The notes under the pieces: model-generated
The model's database searches: none
The model's input: the letters and a program-made list of their open reading frames with translations, nothing else
What the model was told of the DNA's origin: nothing
From: a virus
Lineage: Duplodnaviria; Heunggongvirae; Uroviricota; Caudoviricetes
DNA: 19,855 nucleotides
IMG/VR virus record: IMGVR_UViG_2795385714_000007
Strand: one strand, 5' to 3'
Shown: positions 7,155 to 14,810 of the stretch, in pieces
Layout: the number at the start of each line of letters is the position of its first letter
Numbering within the stretch: the first letter of the stretch is position 1
Position numbers and translations under genes: made by a program

Positions 7155-8159
7155 ATGACAACTACAAGGGGGACTGGACCGGCGCCGTTACCGGCGCCAC
7201 CAGAATGGCAGGGGATTATCGCGAAGTACCGCACCGCTATGGAGGCGGACGGTAGCCCGCGTACGACTATCGCGACACGCATGTCGCACCTTCATCGATT
7301 AGCCCGGGGACTAGGCGCAGCACCCCACGAGGTGACTGAGGAAACTCTCACCGATTGGTTTGCTAAGCAAAAGCACTGGCAACGCGAAACTCGTCGCGGT
7401 TATCGGACGACAACTCGGGGGTTTTTCGGGTGGGCGCACGCCAAGGGGCACCTGCTGTCCAACCCGGCAGCCGGATTGGAGACGGTCGCGCCGGAGCCAC
7501 CGGCGCCTAAACCAGCGCCGGACCGCGTGTGGAAGGAGTCGATTCTGGCGGCCGATGCCCGCACCATGGTCATGCTCTATCTGGCCTGTGATGCCGGGCT
7601 GCGGCGCGGCGAGGTCGCCGTGGTGCACACCGACGACCTGCTGGAGAGTTTCGGGGGATACATGCTGGTCGTGCATGGCAAGGGCGGCAAGGAGCGCACC
7701 ATACCTATCTCTGACGGCCTGGCCGACATGGTGGCCGCGGGACCTGGTGGTCACACTCCGGGCCTGGGGTCCGGCGGATATCTGTTCCCCGGGGACGACA
7801 ACGGTCACCTGTCTCCGCGGTGGGTGGGACGATTGTGCGCGAACGCAATGCCTGGCGTGTGGACGATGCATAAGTTGCGACACCGGTTCGCTACACGCGC
7901 ATACCGTGGCACACGGGACATCCGTGCCGTGCAGGAATTGCTTGGCCATTCCTCGGTTGCTACTACTCAGCTGTATACCGCGGTAGATGACGACGAGAAA
8001 CGCGCGGCGATGATGGCTGCTTCTTCTGGACCGCCCCCTCTAGCGAAGGCAGCCAGGTGGGCTGGCAGCGCCGTCGCCGGTGGGGCTGCTGCGGTGACTG
8101 CTATTGCATCAGCGGCATTACTATCTGATCAATTGCCCCCGTTATACCCCGGAAGTTAA
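7155..8159 (+). CDS. XerC/D-sized tyrosine recombinase/integrase with a hydrophobic C-terminal extension
   Basis: GLRRGE (R), HGKGGK (K), HKLRH (HxxR), LLGHSS..TTQLY (H, Y). No arm-binding domain. ATG at 7155 preferred over GTG 7041. Confidence 0.9.
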   Translation: MTTTRGTGPAPLPAPPEWQGIIAKYRTAMEADGSPRTTIATRMSHLHRLARGLGAAPHEVTEETLTDWFAKQKHWQRETRRGYRTTTRGFFGWAHAKGHLLSNPAAGLETVAPEPPAPKPAPDRVWKESILAADARTMVMLYLACDAGLRRGEVAVVHTDDLLESFGGYMLVVHGKGGKERTIPISDGLADMVAAGPGGHTPGLGSGGYLFPGDDNGHLSPRWVGRLCANAMPGVWTMHKLRHRFATRAYRGTRDIRAVQELLGHSSVATTQLYTAVDDDEKRAAMMAASSGPPPLAKAARWAGSAVAGGAAAVTAIASAALLSDQLPPLYPGS

Positions 8160-8184
8160 GCGGGCGCCGGTAGGGTTACGCCGC

Positions 8185-8481
8185 ATGCCTGCCCGTAAGT
8201 CTCCGTGGCTAAACGCACGAGCAAACCTGCTCAAACAGACCCTCAGTGAGCAATACGGGCTGTCCATCACTGAAGACACGGCCCGCGAGGACGTTTCCGC
8301 GCACGTAGATTTTGTTGCCGAGCGTATGAGGATTCAGCGACGCGCAGCCAAGGCGTATGTCACAGAGGACGTCATCCGGGGGTTAGCGGAACACATTGCC
8401 GAATGCGTCCAGGACGCGCTCGCCGCGGAGCCGGACAGCGAACCGAAGCCCCCGAGACTACGGGTCGTCGACCCCGAATAG
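8185..8481 (+). CDS. Hypothetical 98-aa protein ending in ...PPRLRVVDPE
   Basis: ATG at 8185, 25 bp after the recombinase stop, followed immediately by a terminator. Confidence 0.7.
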   Translation: MPARKSPWLNARANLLKQTLSEQYGLSITEDTAREDVSAHVDFVAERMRIQRRAAKAYVTEDVIRGLAEHIAECVQDALAAEPDSEPKPPRLRVVDPE

Positions 8482-8518
8482 AAGGAGGGCCACCCATCCC
8501 CCCGGGTGGCCCTCCTTC
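8481..8518. terminator. Bidirectional intrinsic terminator
   Basis: Perfect 15-bp inverted repeat gaaggagggccaccc / gggtggccctccttc between convergent genes. Confidence 0.85.
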
Positions 8519-8531
8519 GCCCCTACGGCAG

Positions 8532-9716
8532 TCAGCGACCGGCGGCCACGAGCATTGCGTCCACACCGGTGGCTGCGAACTCGTTGGAGCGGTCGACGTC
8601 GGCAATCAGTTGGGCGTAGGAGGTGACGGCTTGCATTACGCCGCCTGCGGTCATCTGGCTGCCCTTGATGAAGTGGTCGAGGATGCCGCGCTGTTCGTCC
8701 TGGCTGTAGGACAGCTTCTTGGCCACGACCTCGATCACATCAGCCGGTGCGGTGAGCGGGGTGCCGCTGGTCTCCTCCAGCTTCTCGATAGCGGTCTTCA
8801 CGTAGTCGACGTTCATGAAGGACGCGACGGCGTCACGGACCTGCTTCTTGATCAGGTCGTTGGCGGCATCGATGGTGTCGGCCGACCAATTCACCTTGCC
8901 GTCGTCGAGCTTCTTGCCCAGGTGGATCTTGCGCATGGCGTCGGCGTTGATGGTGAGGCCGTTGTCGCAGATCCTGATGCGCAGCTCTGGGGTGATGGTC
9001 AGTGCGCCGCCGCCGGTCTCGCTGTTGGTGACCAGCATTCCGGCGTAGACGACCGGCAGAGTGTTGGCAGCTTCGCCTCCGTGCGCGGTGCCTGCCCAGG
9101 GTGAGCGGTAGCCCTCCAGCAGCTTGGGTGCGACGACCTCCAGCTCGGGTGCGGTGACCCGCAGGTACAGCCGCTCGTCGGACAGGTCAGCGCCGCGGAT
9201 GTGCTGGGCGCCGAGACCGGCCGCGCGCATGCCGTCTAGCAGCGCAAGCACGGTGTCTAGGTTGTCGCGGATGCCGTACCGGTCGGACAGCACGGCGCGG
9301 ACGATGCCGTGGGTGCCCGGGTACATGGGGTCGCTGCCGGACAGCATGCGCACGAGGACCTTCTTGGCGGGGTCGTGGACCCGAGCCAGCTCGTTGACGT
9401 TGGTGTCCATCAGCTCCAGGTGCTGTGCACGCAGCTTGCGGACGTAGCGGGTGGGGATGTCGAGGACGTCGCCGAGCTGGCTGTCGGAGCGGTCGGTCAT
9501 CCGGTAGGTCCCGTTGAAGTCGGTGACGCCTTCGTCGTTGATGTCGGGTGCCTGATCCGAGATGACCAGGTTGCCGCTGGTGAAACGGACGTCAGAGACG
9601 GGCATGACGACGTCCACCTTCTGGCGGTGCTGCTGCTCCAGCAGCGTGATGAGGTCGCCGACGTTGGCGTTGCGCAGGGTGCGGGCGGGCACTGCGGGCA
9701 GTGTTGGAGCGGTCAT
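8532..9716 (-). CDS. DUF932-like protein (394 aa)
   Basis: 'RAVLSDRY..RDN', 'NSETGGGAL.ITP..RIRICDNG...KIHLG' resemble the DUF932/DUF945 pattern. AGGAGG SD before ATG 9716. Confidence 0.72.
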   Translation of the reverse strand: MTAPTLPAVPARTLRNANVGDLITLLEQQHRQKVDVVMPVSDVRFTSGNLVISDQAPDINDEGVTDFNGTYRMTDRSDSQLGDVLDIPTRYVRKLRAQHLELMDTNVNELARVHDPAKKVLVRMLSGSDPMYPGTHGIVRAVLSDRYGIRDNLDTVLALLDGMRAAGLGAQHIRGADLSDERLYLRVTAPELEVVAPKLLEGYRSPWAGTAHGGEAANTLPVVYAGMLVTNSETGGGALTITPELRIRICDNGLTINADAMRKIHLGKKLDDGKVNWSADTIDAANDLIKKQVRDAVASFMNVDYVKTAIEKLEETSGTPLTAPADVIEVVAKKLSYSQDEQRGILDHFIKGSQMTAGGVMQAVTSYAQLIADVDRSNEFAATGVDAMLVAAGR

Positions 9717-9755
9717 GGGTTCCTCCTGATTTGTGTTTGCCTTACTGGTAGATCG

Positions 9756-9785
9756 AATGTATAGCGCACTATACGTTTTAGGCAA
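9756..9785 (-). promoter_or_regulatory. SigA-like promoter containing operator GTATAG-N4-CTATAC (9759-9774)
   Basis: Minus strand TTGCCT-18 bp-TACATT, with the palindrome spanning the spacer and the -10. Confidence 0.65.
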
Positions 9786-9808
9786 GCATGAAAAGGAATA
9801 AAGCGAGA

Positions 9809-9835
9809 AACCCCCGCCCATTTAGGGCGGGGGTT
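9809..9835 (-). terminator. Intrinsic terminator after the 102-aa gene
   Basis: 11-bp stem aacccccgccc / gggcgggggtt with a T-rich tail on the minus strand. Confidence 0.8.
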
Positions 9836-9851
9836 ATCAGTAACCGGAAGT

Positions 9852-10160
9852 TCAGGTGGGGATCACACCGGGCCAAAAGTGGATGCGACCTTGGCGGTGG
9901 CACGGCCCAAGGGATTCGATGGCCCGGCGGATCGCGTAAACGTCGTCACCTCCCCGCCTGGCCGCGAGGACGACAGCGACCTCGTATCCGAACTCGACTA
10001 CCCGGTCGCCGCGGTAGGCAAGGCACGGCGGCCGGTGGCCGCGGCCCACCCAGTCGAATGCCGGGCGTACATCCGAGTGTGGTTCGTGAGCCAGCATGGA
10101 GCGGTTGACCGTATCCAGCTCGTCCGAGGTCAGTGCGATTGCAGTGCTTGCAATTGACAT
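9852..10160 (-). CDS. Hypothetical protein (102 aa)
   Basis: Has its own SD (AAAGGAAGG), promoter and terminator. Confidence 0.7.
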   Translation of the reverse strand: MSIASTAIALTSDELDTVNRSMLAHEPHSDVRPAFDWVGRGHRPPCLAYRGDRVVEFGYEVAVVLAARRGGDDVYAIRRAIESLGPCHRQGRIHFWPGVIPT

Positions 10161-10199
10161 GATGGAGCCTTCCTTTGTGTTCGCTGAGAATTTCGATTG

Positions 10200-10228
10200 A
10201 ACGTATAGCGTGCTATACGATATGTCGA
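10200..10228 (-). promoter_or_regulatory. SigA-like promoter containing operator CGTATAG-N4-CTATACG (10202-10219)
   Basis: Minus strand TCGACA-17 bp-TACGTT, in the same register as the 9756-9785 promoter. Confidence 0.65.
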
Positions 10229-10282
10229 GGGGCTGGCCGTCAAGGCTCCACTACATCGGCTGCCCCGGTTTAGAGTTCCGCC

Positions 10283-10735
10283 ATGAGAATTAGGCGGGGG
10301 CTATGCATCGTGGTGGCAGCGGCTGCGATGGCGGGGTGCGGCGGTGCACCGACGGAGAAGACGCCAACTACATCCACGGCGCAGAAACCGGCGATACTGC
10401 CCCAGACGTCGGTCGACATGGAGGGCTGGAAGGCCGAAATACTTGCCGCCAGCCCGGAGGCATCACCCGACATGGCACGCATGTACGAGCTGACGGTGAG
10501 CAACTGCGACAAGACCGTCGACGAGTTCGAGTCGATGATCGCCGCCGACACCGACGGCACCATGGCTATCGTCCGCCGGGGCATGCGTTACGTGTGCCCC
10601 ACCCGCCTGGAAAGGGTTAACCAGGCCCAGTCCAACAACAACCAGGGCAGCCGAGATGTGGACCGAGCATGCGCCACCTCGCCCGACAACCGGACACCAC
10701 GGGAGCAGGATCTAGCCGCCGCCGCCGGTTGTTAG
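10283..10735 (+). CDS. Putative lipoprotein
   Basis: Basic N-terminus, hydrophobic stretch, lipobox-like MAG-C, Thr/Pro-rich linker, four further Cys. Confidence 0.75.
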   Translation: MRIRRGLCIVVAAAAMAGCGGAPTEKTPTTSTAQKPAILPQTSVDMEGWKAEILAASPEASPDMARMYELTVSNCDKTVDEFESMIAADTDGTMAIVRRGMRYVCPTRLERVNQAQSNNNQGSRDVDRACATSPDNRTPREQDLAAAAGC

Positions 10736-10888
10736 CGCAACCCCTGCATACCGCCCGTGACGGTGCAGCCATGCCCCGCTTACTGCGCGAATATCCTCGT
10801 TTGGCTGGACGCCAGCCAATTCCTACTACTACGCTCCCAGTAGCCAATCAGCCGGACTAGAGGCCGGTTCTAATTAATTGCGCCGGGG

Positions 10889-11215
10889 GTGTTGATGTCG
10901 GGCGACGAGAACGTTCTCAAGGTTGACCTTTCGGCTTTGGGCAAGCTCGGCCCTCACCTGCGGACACTCGCCGATCAACTCACAGGTAGCGTCGCGGCCA
11001 ATGTTGCGCCCCCGGCAGGTGCTGATCCGGGATTGGCGGCGCTGTACGGGGTGTCCAAGGCCATCGCGGACGTGAAGCGGATCGGGGCCGCGCGGTTGAA
11101 CACCATCGCTGATTTCGCCGATGAGGCTCAGCAGGCTTTCGCGATCACGGAGAGTTCACTGGCGGCCGGGTACGGCAATCTACCCAGCATCTATCAGCCA
11201 CCGAAGCGGGCATAG
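10889..11215 (+). CDS. Small ESX (type VII) substrate-like protein (WXG100/EspC-like)
   Basis: 108 aa helix-turn-helix-like ('VDLSALGKLGPHLRTLADQL...ADFADEAQQAFAITE'), directly upstream of the WXG toxin. No literal WxG motif. Confidence 0.7.
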   Translation: MLMSGDENVLKVDLSALGKLGPHLRTLADQLTGSVAANVAPPAGADPGLAALYGVSKAIADVKRIGAARLNTIADFADEAQQAFAITESSLAAGYGNLPSIYQPPKRA

Positions 11216-11223
11216 GGGCACTC

Positions 11224-13419
11224 GTGGTGACGCCGCTGGATGAGTTCATGGCCAAGAAAGCCAATGACTACATGGCGGTGGTGGATACCTGGCGACCGCA
11301 AACCCGGCAGTTCAAGGAGACCTACGACGAGTACAAACGTTGGGTCGGGGCTCCAAATGGCACGGAGTGGACCGGGCGCACCTCGAACGCAGCCTATGAC
11401 ACGGCATCCACCGATTGCCACGGCTCGGATAACACCGACGACGCCGCCGAAGACGGCGGAAAACTCGTCGCCGCCACCATCCAATACGAAGTCGTCGAGC
11501 CACTGGTCAACGGCCAACGCCTCATCGAGAGCGTGCTGGCGCACAAGGACCAGGGTGTCTCGATCGATCAGAGCTACAACATGGCCTATCACCCGGCCGA
11601 GGGTGAGAGCGATGAGTCGATAGCAAAGAACCGCGAACATGTGGCCGACATCGAGCGCCAGGTCAAAGGGTATGTCGCCCAGTGGGACAAGGGCTGTCAA
11701 ACCCTCAAGGCCCAGGCTGACGCCATAGCCCAGAAGATCACCGGCTGCATCAACCCTAAAACCGCCCTGGTCGATGGCCGCAAGATTCTGCGCGACGCCG
11801 CCGCCACACCCGCCGAACCGACTGCCCAGCCCGCCAACTTCTACAAGGACTGGTACCCCAAGGCCACCGACCCGGCCAGCACGCAGGCCGCAGCCGCTAC
11901 CGCTGCCGATCCGCATGCACCCGTGCTGGGTCCGCCCTCGCCCGGCGACAAGCCCTTCCAACCCGATCCACGTGCAGGTGGCCTCACCGACAAACTGGGC
12001 GTGATGGGCATTACCGAGCCCAAGAGCCCTCTGGATAAACCGCCGCCGCCACCGGATGCGCGCACGGTGCCCGCGCCCAAGCTGGACCCCAACACTCCCC
12101 AGGGCAAAGCGGCCATCGACAAGTTCCGCAGCATCTTGGCCACGCAGTATCCGCCTGATCAGGTGGAGGCCAAGCTGTCCGAGGCCATCAAGGGCGCCCA
12201 GCAGGACCGGCCCATGGTCGCAACACCCGAACCCGGCACACCCGAGCGTGTCCGGCAATCAGGTGGTGGGGCATTCGCCGAGTCGTGGGATCAAGCTGGC
12301 CGCGCCAAGGATGACCTGCTGGGAATCAACGGCGGCGACCACGCCAAAGAGGCGTGGAAGGGCGTCGCTAAGGGGCTATGGGATGTGGTCAACCCCGATC
12401 CCGTCCACCAGGTGGAACGCGGGATCGACCAGGCTAAGGGCGCTATCGATGAGGTCAAATCCGGCATCGACAACCCCAAAGCCTTCATCGGCAAACACGG
12501 AATCGAAATCGCCGCAGGCATCGCAACAGCACCCGTGGGCGGCGAAGGCGCACTACTCGGCACCGAAGGCCGCGCCCTCACCCACGGACTCGAAGACGCT
12601 GCGCCAGGGCACCCGCCCACCCCGCACACCGCTGAACCCCACACACCAGTCACAGGACACGCGCCCACCGAACCGCCAAGCGGCACAACACATCCCGCAC
12701 CAACAGTGGACCACCCGGCACCCGCAGCAGATCACAATGGCGGCGGAAATCACGGCATTCCCGCCAACATCGAACACGCTGCCGGACTCCCCCGCTCAGC
12801 CGACGACATCCTCAACGACTCACGCGCCGCACACCGCTTCGAACGCGACCAACTCGACTGGGACAGAGGCGAACAGAACCTCGCTGACCTCGCAGCCCAC
12901 CGGGGCGTGCACGTCGACGATCTACCGCGCACCCCGGTGTACGACGTTGACCACCCGGCGTACACCGACAAGCACGCTGCCGACCACTCGGCTGAGATCG
13001 ACCGACACACACAGCTGTGGGAACACGGCCTCAACACCCAAAGCGTCCAACAAGTCCTCGACAATATGGAGGCAACGCGACCGCCATCCTCTGACCTGCG
13101 AAGTGACTTGCGCACAGAGCTGGGAGTGCGTGGAACGCAAGACCTTATCGATGCCGGTTACAGTCCGATGGAGGCTGACAGGCTCGCGAACAACTACGCG
13201 TCGGAGCAATTCCCCGAAGGCCCCGGACTAATTCCGCAGCCTGTGATCCATAACCCGGATATCAAGTTCGGCGGGTACCGCGACGGCCTGACTTATGGTG
13301 ACTGGCAAGTCAACAACGCGCTTGGTAACTTGACGAAACAGGAGAGAGACGCCTTCAAGGCATGGCTTGAAACCCAAGATCCGAACGCGATAGTAAACAC
13401 CAGATTTGGCAAAAGGTGA
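11224..13419 (+). CDS. ESX-secreted polymorphic toxin: WXG N-terminus, Pro/His-rich linker, Tde1/Ntox15-like DNase tip
   Basis: WTG at 11368-11376. C-terminal 'IHNPDIKFGG...GDWQVNNALG' carries the HxxD motif (13249-13260). Followed by a GAD-like immunity gene. Confidence 0.85.
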   Translation: MVTPLDEFMAKKANDYMAVVDTWRPQTRQFKETYDEYKRWVGAPNGTEWTGRTSNAAYDTASTDCHGSDNTDDAAEDGGKLVAATIQYEVVEPLVNGQRLIESVLAHKDQGVSIDQSYNMAYHPAEGESDESIAKNREHVADIERQVKGYVAQWDKGCQTLKAQADAIAQKITGCINPKTALVDGRKILRDAAATPAEPTAQPANFYKDWYPKATDPASTQAAAATAADPHAPVLGPPSPGDKPFQPDPRAGGLTDKLGVMGITEPKSPLDKPPPPPDARTVPAPKLDPNTPQGKAAIDKFRSILATQYPPDQVEAKLSEAIKGAQQDRPMVATPEPGTPERVRQSGGGAFAESWDQAGRAKDDLLGINGGDHAKEAWKGVAKGLWDVVNPDPVHQVERGIDQAKGAIDEVKSGIDNPKAFIGKHGIEIAAGIATAPVGGEGALLGTEGRALTHGLEDAAPGHPPTPHTAEPHTPVTGHAPTEPPSGTTHPAPTVDHPAPAADHNGGGNHGIPANIEHAAGLPRSADDILNDSRAAHRFERDQLDWDRGEQNLADLAAHRGVHVDDLPRTPVYDVDHPAYTDKHAADHSAEIDRHTQLWEHGLNTQSVQQVLDNMEATRPPSSDLRSDLRTELGVRGTQDLIDAGYSPMEADRLANNYASEQFPEGPGLIPQPVIHNPDIKFGGYRDGLTYGDWQVNNALGNLTKQERDAFKAWLETQDPNAIVNTRFGKR

Positions 13420-13422
13420 TTT

Positions 13423-14070
13423 GTGGCCGACGAATACTTTGAGTACTTCCTAACGAAGTTCCCTCTCTCAACCAGCGGACCTGCGTGCACCGATGAACAC
13501 GTGCGCGACTACACCGGGCTGGTTCCTGATTGCCTTATCTCGTATTGGCAGGAGTACGGGTTCTCTGGCGTTGGCAACGGAATCGCCTGGCTTGTTGATC
13601 CAATCGAGTGGAAGGTCACCACCGACGAGGTCCTCCTCGACACCCTCCGACACCCTCGCCTAGACGAAAACGCGCTGTATATCCCGTTCCTACGTAGCGC
13701 CTTCGGGAAGACGTTCTTCTGGACCCCGGGGTATGGAATGTCGATAACCGTTGAGCCCGCCCGGGGATCGGCATTTTTCTGGGCACCCCCGAAAGACTCG
13801 TCGCCACAGAGCCTTGAACGCGCAATGCAGGCTTTCTTCACGGCTGCAAGGAAAGACCAGTTCGACTTCCGCGGGCGCGATGAGGAACCCATGTTCGATC
13901 GGGTGTATGAGCACCTGGGGCCGTTGCAGTTCGACGAGGTGTATGGGTTCGCGCCTGGTCTACGAATTGGCGGTGCTGCGATTGTGGAGAGCACGCACTT
14001 GTTCCAGATTCACGTGCACATGGCGTTCCTGCGTACGGCAATCGGAGACGACTGGTACGTCGCGGGCTAG
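13423..14070 (+). CDS. Immunity protein, GAD-like + DUF1851 (Tdi1-like)
   Basis: 'LVPDCLISYWQEYGFSG..NGIAWLVDP' (GAD-like) and 'FDRVYEHLGPLQFDEVYGFAPGLRIGG' (DUF1851-like). Starts 3 bp after the toxin stop. Confidence 0.85.
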   Translation: MADEYFEYFLTKFPLSTSGPACTDEHVRDYTGLVPDCLISYWQEYGFSGVGNGIAWLVDPIEWKVTTDEVLLDTLRHPRLDENALYIPFLRSAFGKTFFWTPGYGMSITVEPARGSAFFWAPPKDSSPQSLERAMQAFFTAARKDQFDFRGRDEEPMFDRVYEHLGPLQFDEVYGFAPGLRIGGAAIVESTHLFQIHVHMAFLRTAIGDDWYVAG

Positions 14071-14077
14071 CACCCGC

Positions 14078-14299
14078 TCAGGAGATAGAGCCGTCCACGA
14101 TTTTGTAGATACTGTCACGTTTTACCTCGGCATCACGTGCCAGCACAGTGGCGCCGACACCCAACGCCTTGGCCTGTTTGACGGCCTCGTAGAACTCGGT
14201 GTCGGTCTGCTTGCGCAACACAGCCTGACGTCGACGGCGGCGGGCTAGCCGACGGACAGAAGCTCGGGCCGCCTCCTGCTCGTCCGACGAGATATCCAT
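14078..14299 (-). CDS. Small HTH DNA-binding protein (candidate repressor of the GTATAG-N4-CTATAC sites)
   Basis: 'GVGATVLARDAEVKRDSIYKIV' HTH after an amphipathic, Arg-rich helix. Confidence 0.75.
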   Translation of the reverse strand: MDISSDEQEAARASVRRLARRRRRQAVLRKQTDTEFYEAVKQAKALGVGATVLARDAEVKRDSIYKIVDGSIS

Positions 14300-14305
14300 G
14301 CGCGC

Positions 14306-14322
14306 AGTATAACGCGCTATAC
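14306..14322 (-). promoter_or_regulatory. -10 box (TATACT) of a leaderless transcript overlapping operator copy 3
   Basis: gtataacgcgctatac at 14307-14322 (one mismatch). TATACT on the minus strand ends 6 nt before ATG 14299. Confidence 0.65.
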
Positions 14323-14353
14323 ATATGCGGAGACAACCGGCTGGTACGGGAAA

Positions 14354-14379
14354 ACGCCCCGGCCCGAAGGCCGGGGCGT
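14354..14379 (-). terminator. Intrinsic terminator ending the late/lysis operon
   Basis: 11-bp stem with cUUCGg tetraloop and TTT tail on the minus strand. Confidence 0.9.
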
Positions 14380-14399
14380 CCTCCAGCTATCGCGTGGGC

Positions 14400-14810
14400 C
14401 TAGGGGCGGCGGTCCTCCAGATCCGTCACCCGGTCGTACAGGGCGGTGTGTCTGCGGTTCTGCTCGCGAACGTCGCCGTGTAGGCCGCCAACTTCCTTGC
14501 GCAGGTCGGACATCTCCTCGCGGATACCGCGCAGGTCGCGCATGGCATCGGCGAATCTGTCGACCAGATACTCGACGCCGCGGACTGCGCGGTCCACGTC
14601 GTCGCGCAGGTTGGTCTCGTGCGAGTTCACTACCTGCTCCTCCACTCCTGCCAACTTCGCCTCGACCGCGTCGACGCTTTTGTTGACGGCGGTCACGTGC
14701 TTGCGGCTGGAGAAGTGCGAGGTGATGTACGCGGTGCCCCAGCCGCCGACGGCCGCGATGGTCAGCGCGGCCAGGTCCATCCAGGAATCGGCGCCCACTC
14801 CCCCGCTCAC
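14400..14810 (-). CDS. DUF2746-like membrane/coiled-coil lysis-cassette protein
   Basis: N-terminal hydrophobic helix, 'VVNSHETNLRDDVD' motif and coiled-coil. Alternative start ATG 14780. Confidence 0.75.
   Translation of the reverse strand: MSGGVGADSWMDLAALTIAAVGGWGTAYITSHFSSRKHVTAVNKSVDAVEAKLAGVEEQVVNSHETNLRDDVDRAVRGVEYLVDRFADAMRDLRGIREEMSDLRKEVGGLHGDVREQNRRHTALYDRVTDLEDRRP

Noticed and set aside
10801-10819. Hairpin ttggctgg-acg-ccagccaa upstream of the toxin cassette
   Set aside because: 8-bp stem without a clear U-tract. It may be a weak terminator or operator but cannot be assigned.
11194-13231. Long alternative-frame ORFs over the toxin (354 aa minus, 391 aa plus)
   Set aside because: Typical high-GC shadow ORFs with biased Ser/Thr/Pro/Arg or Gly/Val composition.
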